Assembly (NCBI RefSeq): GCF_009914755.1
Contig: NC_060925.1
DNA length: 64,000 nt
Direction: 5' to 3' (one strand)
Origin: the human T2T-CHM13v2.0 reference genome, Homo sapiens
The translations under genes and the position numbers were made by a program. The notes under the pieces were generated by a model, which was not told where the DNA came from, made no database searches, and saw nothing but the letters and a program-made list of their open reading frames with translations. This document shows positions 15,863 through 30,545 of this stretch, in pieces (position 1 is the stretch's first letter; each line of letters begins with the position of its first letter).

Positions 15863-16471
<609 letters not shown>

Positions 16472-16719
16472 TCCTTCCTGTGGGATGTACCTCCTCTCTG
16501 AGAGATTATCTTCTTCCTATTCAGTTCTTCTCCTTTCTGTTTTCCTCTCTCTCCTCTATGTCTTCAGTCTCTCCCTGTTTATTCTTTTCTCTAAAGCTTC
16601 CAGACATGTCCTTCCAACCCAGAGTTCCCCTCCTTTTTCAGCTACGCTTCTTGTTCCCTGTCTCATCTCCTTTTTTCCCATCACTCCCCAAGTCCCTGTG
16701 GTCTGGCTGACACTGTTCT

Positions 16720-17690
16720 GGTCACATTCTACTGGCTAAATCCAACAGAGTTTTTTCAGTCTTTATTTTGTTTGACATGTAACCTAGCTGGCTCTTCATC
16801 CCTTCCCAAAACTTCCCTTTTGACTTCTGTGTCCTTTAATCTTTGTGTTTTCCTCTGATCTCTCTGACCGTTCCTTTTTAGCCTTTTTAGCTGGTTCCTC
16901 TTCCCTGCCTATTCATCAGTGTTGTTCCCTGACGTCTCATTCTTGATGCTCTCCTCACTCTGCTAAGATTTATCTGGTCTAACAGCTTTAGCTATTACCT
17001 ATAAAGCTTCTGCATCTTTTTCATCTTCAGCACTATCATCTCCTAAAGTCCAGACATACAGTAAACTAGAAGCAGTTCTAAAATTTCCACTTTATCTTTG
17101 CCCCCTTGCCTGACGTCATTTGTCCATTCCAGATCTGCCCCCCCTTTCCTCATTCAGAGGCCTGTGATGTCTGGAGTTCCTCCTTTTCCTCACATCTAGC
17201 CACTCACCAGGGCTTGTCAGTCCCACTTTCAAAATACCTCTTGGTTCCATCTTTCCTGCCCTGGCTCTGGCCCTCACCATGTTTTGCCTCAGTTGCTGCA
17301 ATGGTTTCTTAACCTGTCTTCTCACTGCTAGCCACTCCCCATCCCACACTTACCCCCACCCCCACATCACTCCATGTTTTACACTGAAGCCAGAGTGATA
17401 GCTGTAAAGCATGGGTCTGATCATGTCTCTTACCTGGATCGAAATCCTTCAGCTGCCCCCTGTTGCTCTCAGAATAAATGGCCAACCCTTAGCCTGACAC
17501 AGAAGCCTTTCGTGATCTGTCTCCTGCCTGCCTCTCCAACCCTGCCTCTTGCCATTCCTCTGATTGCATCCTCTGCCCAGCCAGTGAGTGGAGGGGTCCT
17601 GGTCACAGCACTGTCAGGCATCCCTGTCTCTGTTTGGGTTGCACCCTCTTCCAGGACTGCCTTCCCACCATTTGTTGACTGTTTCTTCAT
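16720..17690. mobile_element. Degraded L2 LINE fragments
   Basis: Pyrimidine-rich L2-like motifs (gccagagtgatagctgtaaa...tctgatcatgtc). Confidence 0.55.
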
Positions 17691-17697
17691 TGCTCAG

Positions 17698-18115
17698 TGT
17701 GTCAGTCCGTTTGCATTGCTATAAAGGAATTCCTGAGACTGGGTAATTTATAAAGAAAATAGGTTTATTTTGGCTTACGGTTCTGCAGGCTGTACGGGAA
17801 GCATGGTGCCAATATCTGCTTCTGGTGAGGGCTTCAGGAAGCTTAGAATCATGGTGGAAGGCAAAGGGGAGCCAGCGTGTTACATGGCAAGAGAGGGAGA
17901 GAGAGAAAGAGGAGGAGATAGCAGGCTCCTTTTAAACAGCCAGTTCTCATGTGAACTAACAGCAAGAACTCACTCATTACCATGGGGAGGGCACCAAGGC
18001 CATTCATGAGGAATTTGCCCCCATAACTCAATCACATCCCGTTAGACCCCACCTCCAGCATTGGAAATCACATTTCAACATGAGATTTGGAGGGGACAAA
18101 TATCCAAACTACATC
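17698..18115. mobile_element. MaLR solo LTR (MSTA/MSTB-like)
   Basis: tgtgtcagtccgtttgcattgctataaag ... ggggacaaatatccaaac. Confidence 0.85.
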
Positions 18116-18261
18116 CCTCAGTAACTCAACTCAGGCACCAGCCTCCACACAGCCTTTCCTGCCACCACAGGCCGTAAAGTACCCATCCTAGCTCTTCCTT
18201 TGCCCCCATAAGAGTAAAAATACAATATTTAACTCTTTTTCCTATTTTTTGTGTTTAACAG

Positions 18262-18382
18262 ACATTTATGGAGGAGATGACTCGCAAACAGCCTGACGTG
18301 GACCGGGTCACCAAGACATACAAAAGGAAAAACATAGAGCCTACTCACGCGCCTTTCATAGAGAAATCCCGCAGCGGAGGCA
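18262..18382 (+). CDS. MACF1: MACF1 coding exon (121 nt; TFMEEMT...SRSGG, phase 1 end)
   Basis: taacag|ACA, GCA|gtatgt. Confidence 0.92.
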
Positions 18383-18977
18383 GTATGTTTCCAGCCCCCT
18401 GTGTTAGGATGCTTCATTCCTGCTAATTGAGGATGAGCACTTTCCAAATGCCTATCAAAAAAAATTATATTCCATTTTCAAAAACCGTGTTGGTTTTGAA
18501 CCAAAATCTCTCATTTTTGAAACTCACTTTTCTTACATTGACAGACAGTAGCTGTACTCCATATTCTTTGGTATGATTGGTATGAAATTACGAGGTGGTT
18601 AAGCTTATTTTTTAACAGTGGCCTTTCCATTGTTTTGGTTATCAGCCCTAGCTGTTTACATTTGGCTTGTACTAATTTAATCAACACAACAGCTTCTACA
18701 GAATATGTTGCTTTTTTAGTTGAGTTAACGTGTCATCAGCTCACTAAGGTAGGACAGAATTGCTTGGAGATATGTAGGCAGCAGGTAAGTATGTGCTGGG
18801 AGGATCAGTACTTTTGGAATTAGTACACCTCCGTATCTAAATATTGCCAAGTCCCGTATTTCTTTTCTCAGTTATTGACTGGATATTATTATAAAGATCT
18901 TCTAGGTTTATACATACAGCTATTTCTCTTTGTATACTAACCAGCTGTTCTAATCTTGTGATTATTTTTCCTTTTAG

Positions 18978-19141
18978 GGAAATCCCTAAGTCAGCCAACC
19001 CCTCCTCCCATGCCAATCCTTTCACAGTCTGAAGCAAAAAACCCACGGATCAACCAGCTTTCTGCCCGCTGGCAGCAGGTGTGGCTGTTAGCACTGGAGC
19101 GGCAAAGGAAACTGAATGATGCCTTGGATCGGCTGGAGGAG
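18978..19141 (+). CDS. MACF1: MACF1 coding exon (164 nt; RKSLSQP...DRLEE), end of last spectrin repeat
   Basis: ttttag|GG, GAG|gtaatg; 121+164 nt in frame. Confidence 0.93.
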
Positions 19142-20523
19142 GTAATGCCCTGCTGAGTGGCCTTCCCTGAAACAAAGTGCTTTTTTCAATCAAAACACAG
19201 CCCTTCTGAGGCTCTCTTAATGTGAACCTTGTGTCTTAATTTACTTTTTCACAATAGAAACAGACCTATACCAAGCCAGTACTCATTCTTTGAGGCCCCT
19301 GAATGAGAAAAGACACATGTGTAAGAAAACCGTTTGTGACAGAGTAGGCTAAAGCTTCTAGGTGTGGAAAGCAAGAAAACAGCCAGTCCATAATGAGGGC
19401 CAGGACCTGATCTGCCTCAGCATCTTGCTGTGGTTGGGAATCAGGAACAGAACTTTGGAAATTTATCTCCAGATATGTAGCATAGCACAAAAATGACCCT
19501 TGTTGAGCCTTTCATGTAAAAACAGATGCTACAGAATTATGAAATAGGAGTAATTTTTAATGATTTTGTTATTAGTCTTCACTTGATCATGAGAAGCAAC
19601 TCTATTTTGAAGTGTCATTACCCAGTATAAAAAATATAGTACTATGCTTCCTAGTTTCTAAAACAAGCCTCTAATATCTTTTGTATTTTTTTATTTGTGC
19701 ATATCAAAGCAGCTATGCCTGGAAGTGAGTGTTCTGTGTTTTGTTTATTTTTTCCTTAGGTCAGTTGACTTTTAAGCTTATTGGGTTCTTGGTGCTTTTT
19801 TCCCCCATTCCTTCTAACTTTGGAGTTTGAAAGACCAAGGGGAAACTGCTGCACTCTTTAAGTCATTTTGAGTGTATATCATTAACGTAGACTTAAGTAG
19901 CTGAAAATTGTCTTGCCCACTGCATAGGCCTGCTGTTTTCCATCAAGGCCAAATATTTAACATGGAGGTCAGATGGGCAATTTGCTCTCTGGTGCCATTC
20001 CAAAGAAACATGCTTGGATACAACATTGGGTTCCCAATGCTTCCATCCAGAACTCAGATTTTCTCATTGAAATCTCAGAAGATAGTGGTAAACACGAGCC
20101 TCCTGATATGAGCCCTATGTGTGATTATAATGCCTTTCAAAACAACATAATCGAGGAGTGCTAAGGACCTCCCTTCTGGGTTAGAATCCATTTCCTTGCA
20201 TCTAAGAGAGTGATCCTTTGAAAAGCCCAAAGGGAAAGCAAGGCTGGCTTCACCCATTCTCATTCTGTGTGCTCCATATTTTCCATGGTGATTCAGTTAT
20301 TGTTTCTCTTGCTATTCCATTATACCATAGCTCGTGTAAATAGTCATGGCTTTAAGTGAAAGAGCCAGATTGTGCCTTCACAAAAGAAGCAAACACATAG
20401 ATTTCATTGTTGATGGCCCCTGGAAGCATGGCTTTACTGAATGTCTGAAAGTTTGGGTATGCTCTGGGCAGCTTTTGAGGGCCCAAAAAATAAATCTTAT
20501 TGACACTTCTGATTTCTGTGTAG

Positions 20524-20686
20524 TTGAAAGAATTTGCCAACTTTGACTTTGATGTCTGGAGGAAAAAGTATATGCGTTGGATGAATCACAAAAAGTCTCG
20601 AGTGATGGATTTCTTCCGGCGCATTGATAAGGACCAGGATGGGAAGATAACACGTCAGGAGTTTATCGATGGCATTTTAGCATCCA
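20524..20686 (+). CDS. MACF1: MACF1 coding exon (163 nt), EF-hand 1 ([12 protein letters not shown])
   Basis: gtgtag|TTG, CCA|gtgagt; canonical DxDxDG loop. Confidence 0.96.
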
Positions 20687-20778
20687 GTGAGTCTAGTCAT
20701 CATTCCAAACATGGGTCACACCTGGATTCCTTGCACTTTGTAGAAGCTGTGATATTCTAGCTAAACAGTCTTTCTGAA

Positions 20779-20993
20779 GCTGGCCAGGAGCTTGGCTCAC
20801 ACCTGTAATTCCAGCACTTTGGGAGGCAGGTGGCAAAGGCATGGTGGCACACTTGCAGTCCTAGCTACTTGGGAGGCTGAGGTGAATCACCTGAGCCTGG
20901 GGAGGTCAAGGCCTGCAGTAAGCTGTAATCGTGCCAGTGAACTCTAGCCTGGGCAACAGAGTGAGACTCTGTCTCAAAAAAAAAAAAAAAAAA
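20779..20993 (+). mobile_element. Internally deleted AluJ
   Basis: Left-arm start fused to right arm, A-tail. Confidence 0.8.
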
Positions 20994-21346
20994 GACAGTG
21001 GTTAACCAGAGGTTTTCAGCTGGGAAACAATATGATTTGGTCTGTGTTTTAGTAAATCACTGTGACTACTATAAATAGTCACACTTCCCTTTGTATAGCA
21101 ATTTGTTTAGAATCTAAGACAATAATCTAAACATAGGAAAACTTCATGCTATTCCAAACTGTCACTATTCTGAAATAATCTAAATATCCAATAATTGTGG
21201 AGTGGATGAGTATATTCTTGAGTTGAGTGGTAGGACTGTGGGTGGTTGTAATATTATGTTTATGCCTTTTGGTATATTTGAAATGGGGAATATTACCTTT
21301 TTTCGTTGCATTTGGGGTAGGGGAGTCTATAAGTGGATATGTATTA

Positions 21347-21929
<583 letters not shown>

Positions 21930-22274
21930 GTAAGGGAAATAATTATATTTTGAGTACACTTCTGGCTGTAGGTTTGTAATATCCTGAATTTGGTTGGGTT
22001 CAGTGATCATATTAGCCTTTGACTTGTCTGTTGGGAGATAATTATTTGGAGTTCTATTTTGAGATCTCTTTTTGGATAGCATTTCAAAGAGTCCCAGAGG
22101 ATCTCTGACATCTGAGCTCTAGCTCAGGCTAGATGGATTACTCAAGTGAGTCATGTCTGTGTGGTGCTCTGAAGTTTACAGAGAACCTTTGCAGGGCAGC
22201 ATACTCATCCTGGTTCACTCGTCCTGTGTTTGGGATGGACTCATCTCACTCTTGAGCATGCTGCCTGGAATCTA

Positions 22275-22620
<346 letters not shown>

Positions 22621-23095
22621 TGTTTAAAAGGGGAGTAAAATGTAATGTTTAAAATGGTGTATACCCATCATGCTTTCTGCCTTGTTAAGAACTACCACAT
22701 TGAAACTGCCAAATTTATTAGTGCCATCTAGAAACCCTAACATCTGTTGATAACAGATCTTGGTAAGGGAGAGGTGCTGGGACAGGTCTTAGGAGTGGCC
22801 CTGGAACACACCAGGACTGACTTCCAGGGAATCTTGGGCTCCTAGGGTGAAATTTAAAGCAGTTCATAATTTGCTTTATTAATAATTTGATTTTGATGCA
22901 AGCATATTAGCACTTTTCTCTGAAGGAGTTTTGAAGCAGGAATAAAGAATGTGTTGTATAGTCACTTGGGAATTTTCTTTCATGCCTTTTCTCAGTGTCT
23001 CAATTAGTTCACTTAGTAAGAAGAACATATACTAATTTGGAACAGACAATAAATGTATATGTCAAAAGCCTGAAATGCCTAAAAAGTAAATAATG

Positions 23096-23396
23096 AGCCG
23101 TGCGTGGTGGCTCACGCCTGTAATCCCAGCACTTTGGGAGGCTGAGGCAGGCGGATCACCTGAGGTCGGGAGTTCAAGGCCAGCCTGACCAACATGAAGA
23201 AAACCCATCTCTACTAAAAAAATACAAAAAATTAGCTGGGCCTGGTGGTGCGTGCCTATAATCCCAGCCACTTGGGGGGCTGAGGTAGGAGAATTGTTTG
23301 AACCAGGAGGCGGAGGTTGTGGTGGAGCCGAGATCGCACCATTGCCCTCCAGCCTGGGCAACAAGAGCGAAACTCCATCTCAAAAAAAAAAAAAAA
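23096..23396 (+). mobile_element. AluS
   Basis: Full length; TSD-like gtaaataatga. Confidence 0.92.
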
Positions 23397-23502
23397 TGTA
23401 AATAATGAATAGCCTCCCTGTTAATGTATAAAAATCTTTGTTTCTCTGAATAGGAAGTCTTGCTCTACCCTTTACACTTTCCTTTTTGTTCACACCCAAT
23501 AG

Positions 23503-23577
23503 GTTACAAGACAAGTGGCTCAGTGCAAATGTGCAAAAAGGTTTCAGGTGGAGCAGATCGGAGAGAATAAATACCGG
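23503..23577 (+). CDS. MACF1: MACF1 coding exon (75 nt; [25 protein letters not shown]), GAR domain N-half with CxC zinc ligands
   Basis: caatag|GTT, CGG|gtaagg. Confidence 0.96.
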
Positions 23578-24516
23578 GTAAGGAAGAGAAAAAGCAGTCC
23601 TTTGTTGTGGTGGTTTCTCATATGTGGCTGATCCCACCTTTTCCTCCTGATGCTTAGAGGCCCAGAGCCCATCGGACTTGAGATGTGGTCACTCTCTGAC
23701 CTCATCTCTATAGATGCCAAGTGTCAGGTACCCTGTTACATCTGAAAACTAGTCCCATATCTACCTAGATAGTAGTAGTTTGTATTTAAGTTTTAAGATA
23801 GGAGATATTTCAGAGCTGTCACTTCACATCTGACAAAGTTCCTAGGGGGATGAAGGTACCTTTGGAAACAATTATATCTATTGACTGACCACTTGCCCAC
23901 AAAGAGATGGTCATTGTGAGCCTGAGTGGCTCCCAGGCTAGAGAGGCCTGGGGAAACTGTGTTGAAGCCCCAACAGACACTGTGCCTGCTCTGAGCTGGG
24001 CTACAAATGGGGCCCAGGAGCACTGAGGAGACATCAGGCTCAGTGGTCTTCCCTGGAAAGCCATGCTAGGTGTGGCCATAACTGACAGTGAACTATACTT
24101 GTGTTTTAGCTTCTTTTGGGACCAGGGTCAGGGACATAGAAGGATCTGAAACAGGTCTCCTAAAATATATCAACAGCTCGTCAAGATTCTCTAAAGTCCT
24201 AAGAAAAATCTATGATTGGCAAAGAGGATTTAGATTGCACTAAGAAACACAGGAAGGTCCATGTTTCATTAGTATATCCAAAATGTCCTCAAAGTACACC
24301 AAATCTACCCCATGCTGCAGTCTCCTGAGGAGTGCTGGGTGAATCTGCTTTGAATATAACCTAGGGCATTTAGTTAATAAAGCTCCATATAATCTTATGC
24401 CTGCTTGTTGGATTTTGTTTTCTTGTTTTTTGTTTTTAATTATCTATGAGAGAAATGAATTAACAAGAACAACATAGCATGGAGAGTTAGTTCATAGTTT
24501 ATAAAACCACATCCCT

Positions 24517-24816
<300 letters not shown>

Positions 24817-24984
24817 TTAAAACCACATCCCTGTGGCAGGAGCTTGGTAAGAATATGTTCAGTGTGTGTCACTTTGCCAGAAAAATGTAATGATATGATT
24901 TTCATTCTTTAGTGTTAATTTGACAAAATGTTCTCTTTTTTTTTCCCCTCCTTTCCTCCATCCTTTACTCTTTACTGTCTATAG

Positions 24985-25002
24985 TTCTTCCTCGGCAATC
25001 AG
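24985..25002 (+). CDS. MACF1: MACF1 alternative 18-nt microexon (FFLGNQ) inside the GAR domain
   Basis: ~70-nt AG-free pyrimidine tract, ctatag|TTC...CAG|gtacag, phase 0/0; KYR-FFLGNQ-FGDSQ is a spectraplakin isoform sequence I recognise. Confidence 0.88.
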
Positions 25003-26973
25003 GTACAGTGTGCCTTGCAATGTTCTCCTTCTCAATGGATATGGTCTGTGTAGCTAATGCTGCCTGTTCTTCGCTATGGGGAGAGGATGTAATCTGAAGC
25101 ATGCCTGGGTCGCACCTGGTTGTCTTACCAAGTGGAGAAACTGTTGATGGGGCCAGCATTGCAAAGCTATCTTAGCAGCAAAAGAATATAAGTATAATTT
25201 TTTATAAAGGAGATGAAATGGAGGAAAGTGAAGCTATGGTATCAGTCCATTACACTTCTAAGAAGAGCCTGGTTTTGTACTTCTGTGTTAGAAGTCAGAT
25301 TACCAAATAGCACAGTTCTTATTTATATTAGAATCTTTTGACAGTTAATAAATTTTGTAATGTATGGTAAGTCAATTCCTGAAGAACTTCAGTACTATTT
25401 AAATATCTTTTTAATATTTGTAGTTACTTATATTGTATGTTATAATTACAAGGTATCTGAGAAGTGTAGTGTGGAGATCGTAATTGGCCGTGGCCTGAAG
25501 TATGCTGATTATGGCCAGCCAGCCAAGATTTAATGGGACCAAATTAGACTTGCAAAAAAGATTGGATGCTTTGACTCCACTTGGTAACTCTAACCTTTCA
25601 GATCTTTTTGAGTGCTGTGGGGTCCTGTGTCCTCCAATGTGGAAGGAAGTTGCATGAGTAAAATCTGTCTCTCTGATATGAAATTATAAACACTAGTTGT
25701 TGATTTCAGGCCCTCAAACATCCCAGGCCTTGCAAGTCACTATAGAAATGTTCTAGGCAAGTGGGAAGAACAGGGGATAAGAGAAAAAAACTAAAGATGA
25801 GAACAAACTGGCTTTAAAAAAACATCATTGCTTGAGAGTGTCCAATATGCCTATTTGCTAATGACTGTGTGTGAATGCTAGGGTGCCTTTGAAGAGTCCT
25901 GACACCCTCTTCTACTGCTCCATTGATCAGGAGAGGGTCAGATGACTTCTAATGTTGAGAACGGAATTATGAAGTTCATTTTATACACAGGCAACTGAGG
26001 CCTCAAAGATCACATGCCTACTCTCACACAGCTAGTGTCAGCCACTGCAAGAACCCAAGTCTCTGTAAGAGGTTTTCCTTTTAAAAGGTGGAAACAACAG
26101 TTACTGACCCTTAGGACTCTTATTTGTTCTTTGCCTCACTGACAACCTTGTCCTACCAGGTGTGCACAGGTCTCCATTTTTAGAGCTGCCATAATCCCTC
26201 CTACCACTTGTGACTCTGGCCTCAACTTCCCCAGCTACACTGGCTGCTGGCTTGGTCAAACCTCCTTTCCCCCATAGCTTAGCAGAAACAAGTTAGAATC
26301 TTTCAAAGAGAGCTTTAGTGTGAAATTAAGGTTGGGGGGGACATGAAATATATGGAGTGATAAATTATAGTACACAGTATTCCAAGAATAAAGTACTCTT
26401 GTGGTTCCTTCCTGATTCACCCTGGGGTACACACAGGTGCATACTCCCTGCCTCTCACCCATCCAGAGAAAACCCTTTGCAGTGACTCAGGTCCAAGAGC
26501 ACTGCTCTTGGGTGGAATCCTCCATATCTCTCAGAACCTCCCACAGGGCTTCTCATTTTCACTTGTGGGGCCCAGCTTCTGAGAGGGGGCTCTCACAGAG
26601 CCTGGGGGGCAGCTTCCTTCCCAGGACAGGACGTGTATTCTCTTTCAAGTCTGGGTTCAGTGCTGCTGCTACCACACAGTGCTTTTGCTGCAGTCACTTT
26701 GTATAAACATGTTTAAATTGTATCAGATGAAAGGTGTGGGACTTCTTTTATTTTCAAAGTAAAGGGCTGGGAGGGAGGATACAGTATTTTTCAATTGCCT
26801 TGCCTGTGCAAATACTGCATTTGAGTCAGAGCAGCTAAGGAATATGGAGAATTACCACAAGTATATTAATTTTGAGGGAGGATGGCTATATGACCTCAGA
26901 TATCCTTTCTTGCATTTTCAATTTTTCTGCCTTGTTTTAAAGTTACAGTTGTCCTTTATAACTTTGAAAATCC

Positions 26974-27322
<349 letters not shown>

Positions 27323-27998
27323 TTAGGAATTCCATTTCTCCTACCAGATGTTTGTTTGTTTTGGAAACTCTGCATACTTCTCTTTTGTTGCTCCTTACTT
27401 CATTTTGGAAAGAGGGTAATTTATGCCATGAGAAACTCCAGATGTTTAGAGCTGGGAAGTAGGAATGTTTGGGCAAGAAAAAAGGGAAAACATAAATAAT
27501 CAGAAATATGCTTGTTTTAGCATCTAAAATGATTATTGGATACTGTTCATAATCATCATGGGAGCTACAATTTTTAATTGCTTCAACTCAATTTTAGTAT
27601 AAATATGACCTAATCATTTGTTCAGCTGAAGAAACTTTTCTGCTGGTGACACTGCAATTAGCAAATACTTCGGGTTAATTCCTGAAAACCTGATGCAGAA
27701 AATCAGATTTTCTTCTAAGCTTGTAATGATGCTTTGCAAAGGTTTCCTTAAGGCTTGAAATAGTATTCACTATTTTCCATTTAGCTTTAAAGCATACTGT
27801 ATTCAGAAGTTGATATCCACAATCTTTCTTTTAGGAAAACAAATTAGCATGCCAAGAATATGAATTTTTAATTGAGCAGAATCTCTTTTAAAAAAATAAA
27901 GTGACCTAACACTTTGTCTGTTTTCCTACCTCTCCTTTTGGTGCAGAGGCAGTGGTGTGACCATTAAAAGTGATTTTTATCCCAATAGAAAGTATATT

Positions 27999-28290
<292 letters not shown>

Positions 28291-28504
28291 AGTATATCAA
28301 GACACCAGTCTTTAGCTTGATATTTCTGCTTTTCTATTTTTAAAATCCTTTTGTGAAATATATAAAAATGCAAAATTGTGAGAGTTAACAATTCTTCTGT
28401 AGCTATCAAATTGTCATTCCTGTCTGAATACAGTCTGCTTTGGGAGAAAAACATAGATCTGCTTTAAGACATATATATTAATTAAGTTTCCTTTGATTCT
28501 ACAG

Positions 28505-28622
28505 TTTGGGGATTCTCAGCAGTTGCGGCTGGTCCGTATTCTGCGCAGCACCGTGATGGTTCGCGTTGGTGGAGGATGGATGGCCTTGGATGAATTTTTA
28601 GTGAAAAATGATCCCTGCCGAG
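28505..28622 (+). CDS. MACF1: MACF1 coding exon (118 nt; [39 protein letters not shown]), GAR C-half with DPC zinc ligands
   Basis: ctacag|TTT, GAG|gtaagg; GAS2 signature VRVGGGW. Confidence 0.97.
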
Positions 28623-29436
28623 GTAAGGAACCATTCTAAGCATGAATTACGTGTTAGGTATGCCCCCAGCAGTGATCTTTTATGCTTACAGGAAGCATTG
28701 ATGGTGGGGTCTGTCTGTTTTTTATTTTGTTAAGCTGCCCAGGTGTCATCCCACTAGCACAGATTAGAACTCAGGGGTGCCAGCATAGGCCAGGGAGAAA
28801 AAGCTGAAGAGGTTGATGCTATTTGGGGAGGTAGGTCTAGAGGAATGCAGTAATGAGAATTAAGAGTGTATTGGTGTTACTCGAATGTTTGTTTGGGGTA
28901 TTAAATTAACACTATCCTAGAAAGGAGCCCGGTGAAGCCCTTTAGGTTCCCTCTTAGTGCCTCAGATCCCTTTGCCTGTAATTCCTGTGGCTGTTACTCA
29001 GGGAGAGTGTTAGGCCCTTCTCATACAGGGAAGAACTGGTGAGCCCCCTGGACCAGGAGGAAGGATAAAGACACCTACATGTGAGCCCATTCACTTCTAA
29101 GACAGGTGGCCACCTAAGCAAGACCATGGGGTGTCTTTCTGCTAAATGTGAAAAGGCTGGCCCACCAGCCCAGAAGCATAAGGAGACTGTCAATTTAATA
29201 TGAGCATGAGTGGTGGCATCTGCAGCTAGGGGGTGTGTGGGGACTGCAACAGGGAAGAGATGACCGGTTCCAATTGCTAAATCCTCTTCAGCTATGTCCT
29301 TGCCTTTTTCCTGTTAGCAGAGCTGCATGTGGGTGCACAGGAGGCTCCCCCACTGTCTGCCAATTTGTCTTTCTTGACTAGTTTCTGCGTTTCCTGCCCT
29401 GTCTGTTTCTTTCTGTTTACGTATTTTTTATTCTAG

Positions 29437-29505
29437 TTCACCATCCTGGGAGTAAAATAAAGCGCTCTGATTCCAGCTCTTCGATTTCCAGTCAGTCTCC
29501 CATAG
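29437..29505 (+). CDS. MACF1: MACF1 alternative 69-nt cassette exon (VHHPGSKIKRSDSSSSISSQSPI)
   Basis: ttctag|TT, TAG|gttggc, phase 1/1, open frame; resembles the equivalent DST/BPAG1 insert as I recall it. Confidence 0.8.
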
Positions 29506-29714
29506 GTTGGCTTTTAAGCTTTGTCCCTCTTCCTCACACCCTAGCCCATTGAGAATGGCTTTGCTTCTTAAACTGTAACATCTCTTGGTTCTGTGTATCT
29601 GCTGCATTCATGAATGCTTGAAATGGCCAAACCATAGCTTTTCTAACTACTCAAGTTGATGGTGCATAAAATACTGTTGAGACAGTGTCCATGGAATTTG
29701 TTTTGAGTTTCTAT

Positions 29715-29940
29715 TTAACAAATACTTATATAGTTTTATGTGCCACACACTATTACAAGTACTTTACAAGTAACACATTTATGCCTCATATGAAGTGTAG
29801 ATGCTCTTATCTCTGTTTTACAGAATAGGAAATTGAGGCATAGAAAACGTAAATAATTTGCCCAAAGACAAACAACTAGTAAATGGCAGAGATGAGATTC
29901 AAATTCAGGGCAATCTGGGTCTGGAGTATGTGCCCCTAGT
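29715..29940. mobile_element. MIR
   Basis: MIR core ttttacagaataggaaattgaggcatagaaa...atttgcccaa. Confidence 0.7.
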
Positions 29941-30260
29941 CAGCATGTTATATCTTTCAGAGGCTGACACACCTTTGTGTATGTTTATTATTGGATCACC
30001 TGCATAATTATTAAGGTTTATTTATAAACCTAGCAGAAATGTTTGCTGTACAGTACATAACTTCTTTGGAAATGATTTATAGTCATATTCTGAAGCATTT
30101 AGTGAGGACAGAGCTAAAGATAGCAGTTTTCACATGAATTCAGATATGCCCCTAAGTAGTTCCTCTTATTTTAACTCATTCTGTGTTTACTACAGTAAAC
30201 CAGAGTAAAAATTCAGCAGTAATAATTTTCATTAGAGGTTCCTTTTTTAAAAAAATTGGG

Positions 30261-30545
30261 GCCAGGTACAGTGGAATCCCAGTACATTGGGAGCCCAAGG
30301 CAGGAGGATTGTTGAAGCTCAGAAGTTCAAGACCATCTTTAGCAACATAGTGAAACCCCATCTCCACAAAAAAAAATTTAAAAATTAGCTAAGCATGGTG
30401 GTACACACCTGTGTAGTCCTAACTACTCTGGAGGCTGAGGTGGGAGTATTGCTTGAGCCCAGGAGTTCAAAGCTACAGTGAGCCATGATCATGCCACTGC
30501 ACTCCAGCCTGGGCAACAAGGCAAGACTCTTGTCTACAAAAAAGT
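30261..30545 (+). mobile_element. AluJ
   Basis: Diverged Alu. Confidence 0.88.
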
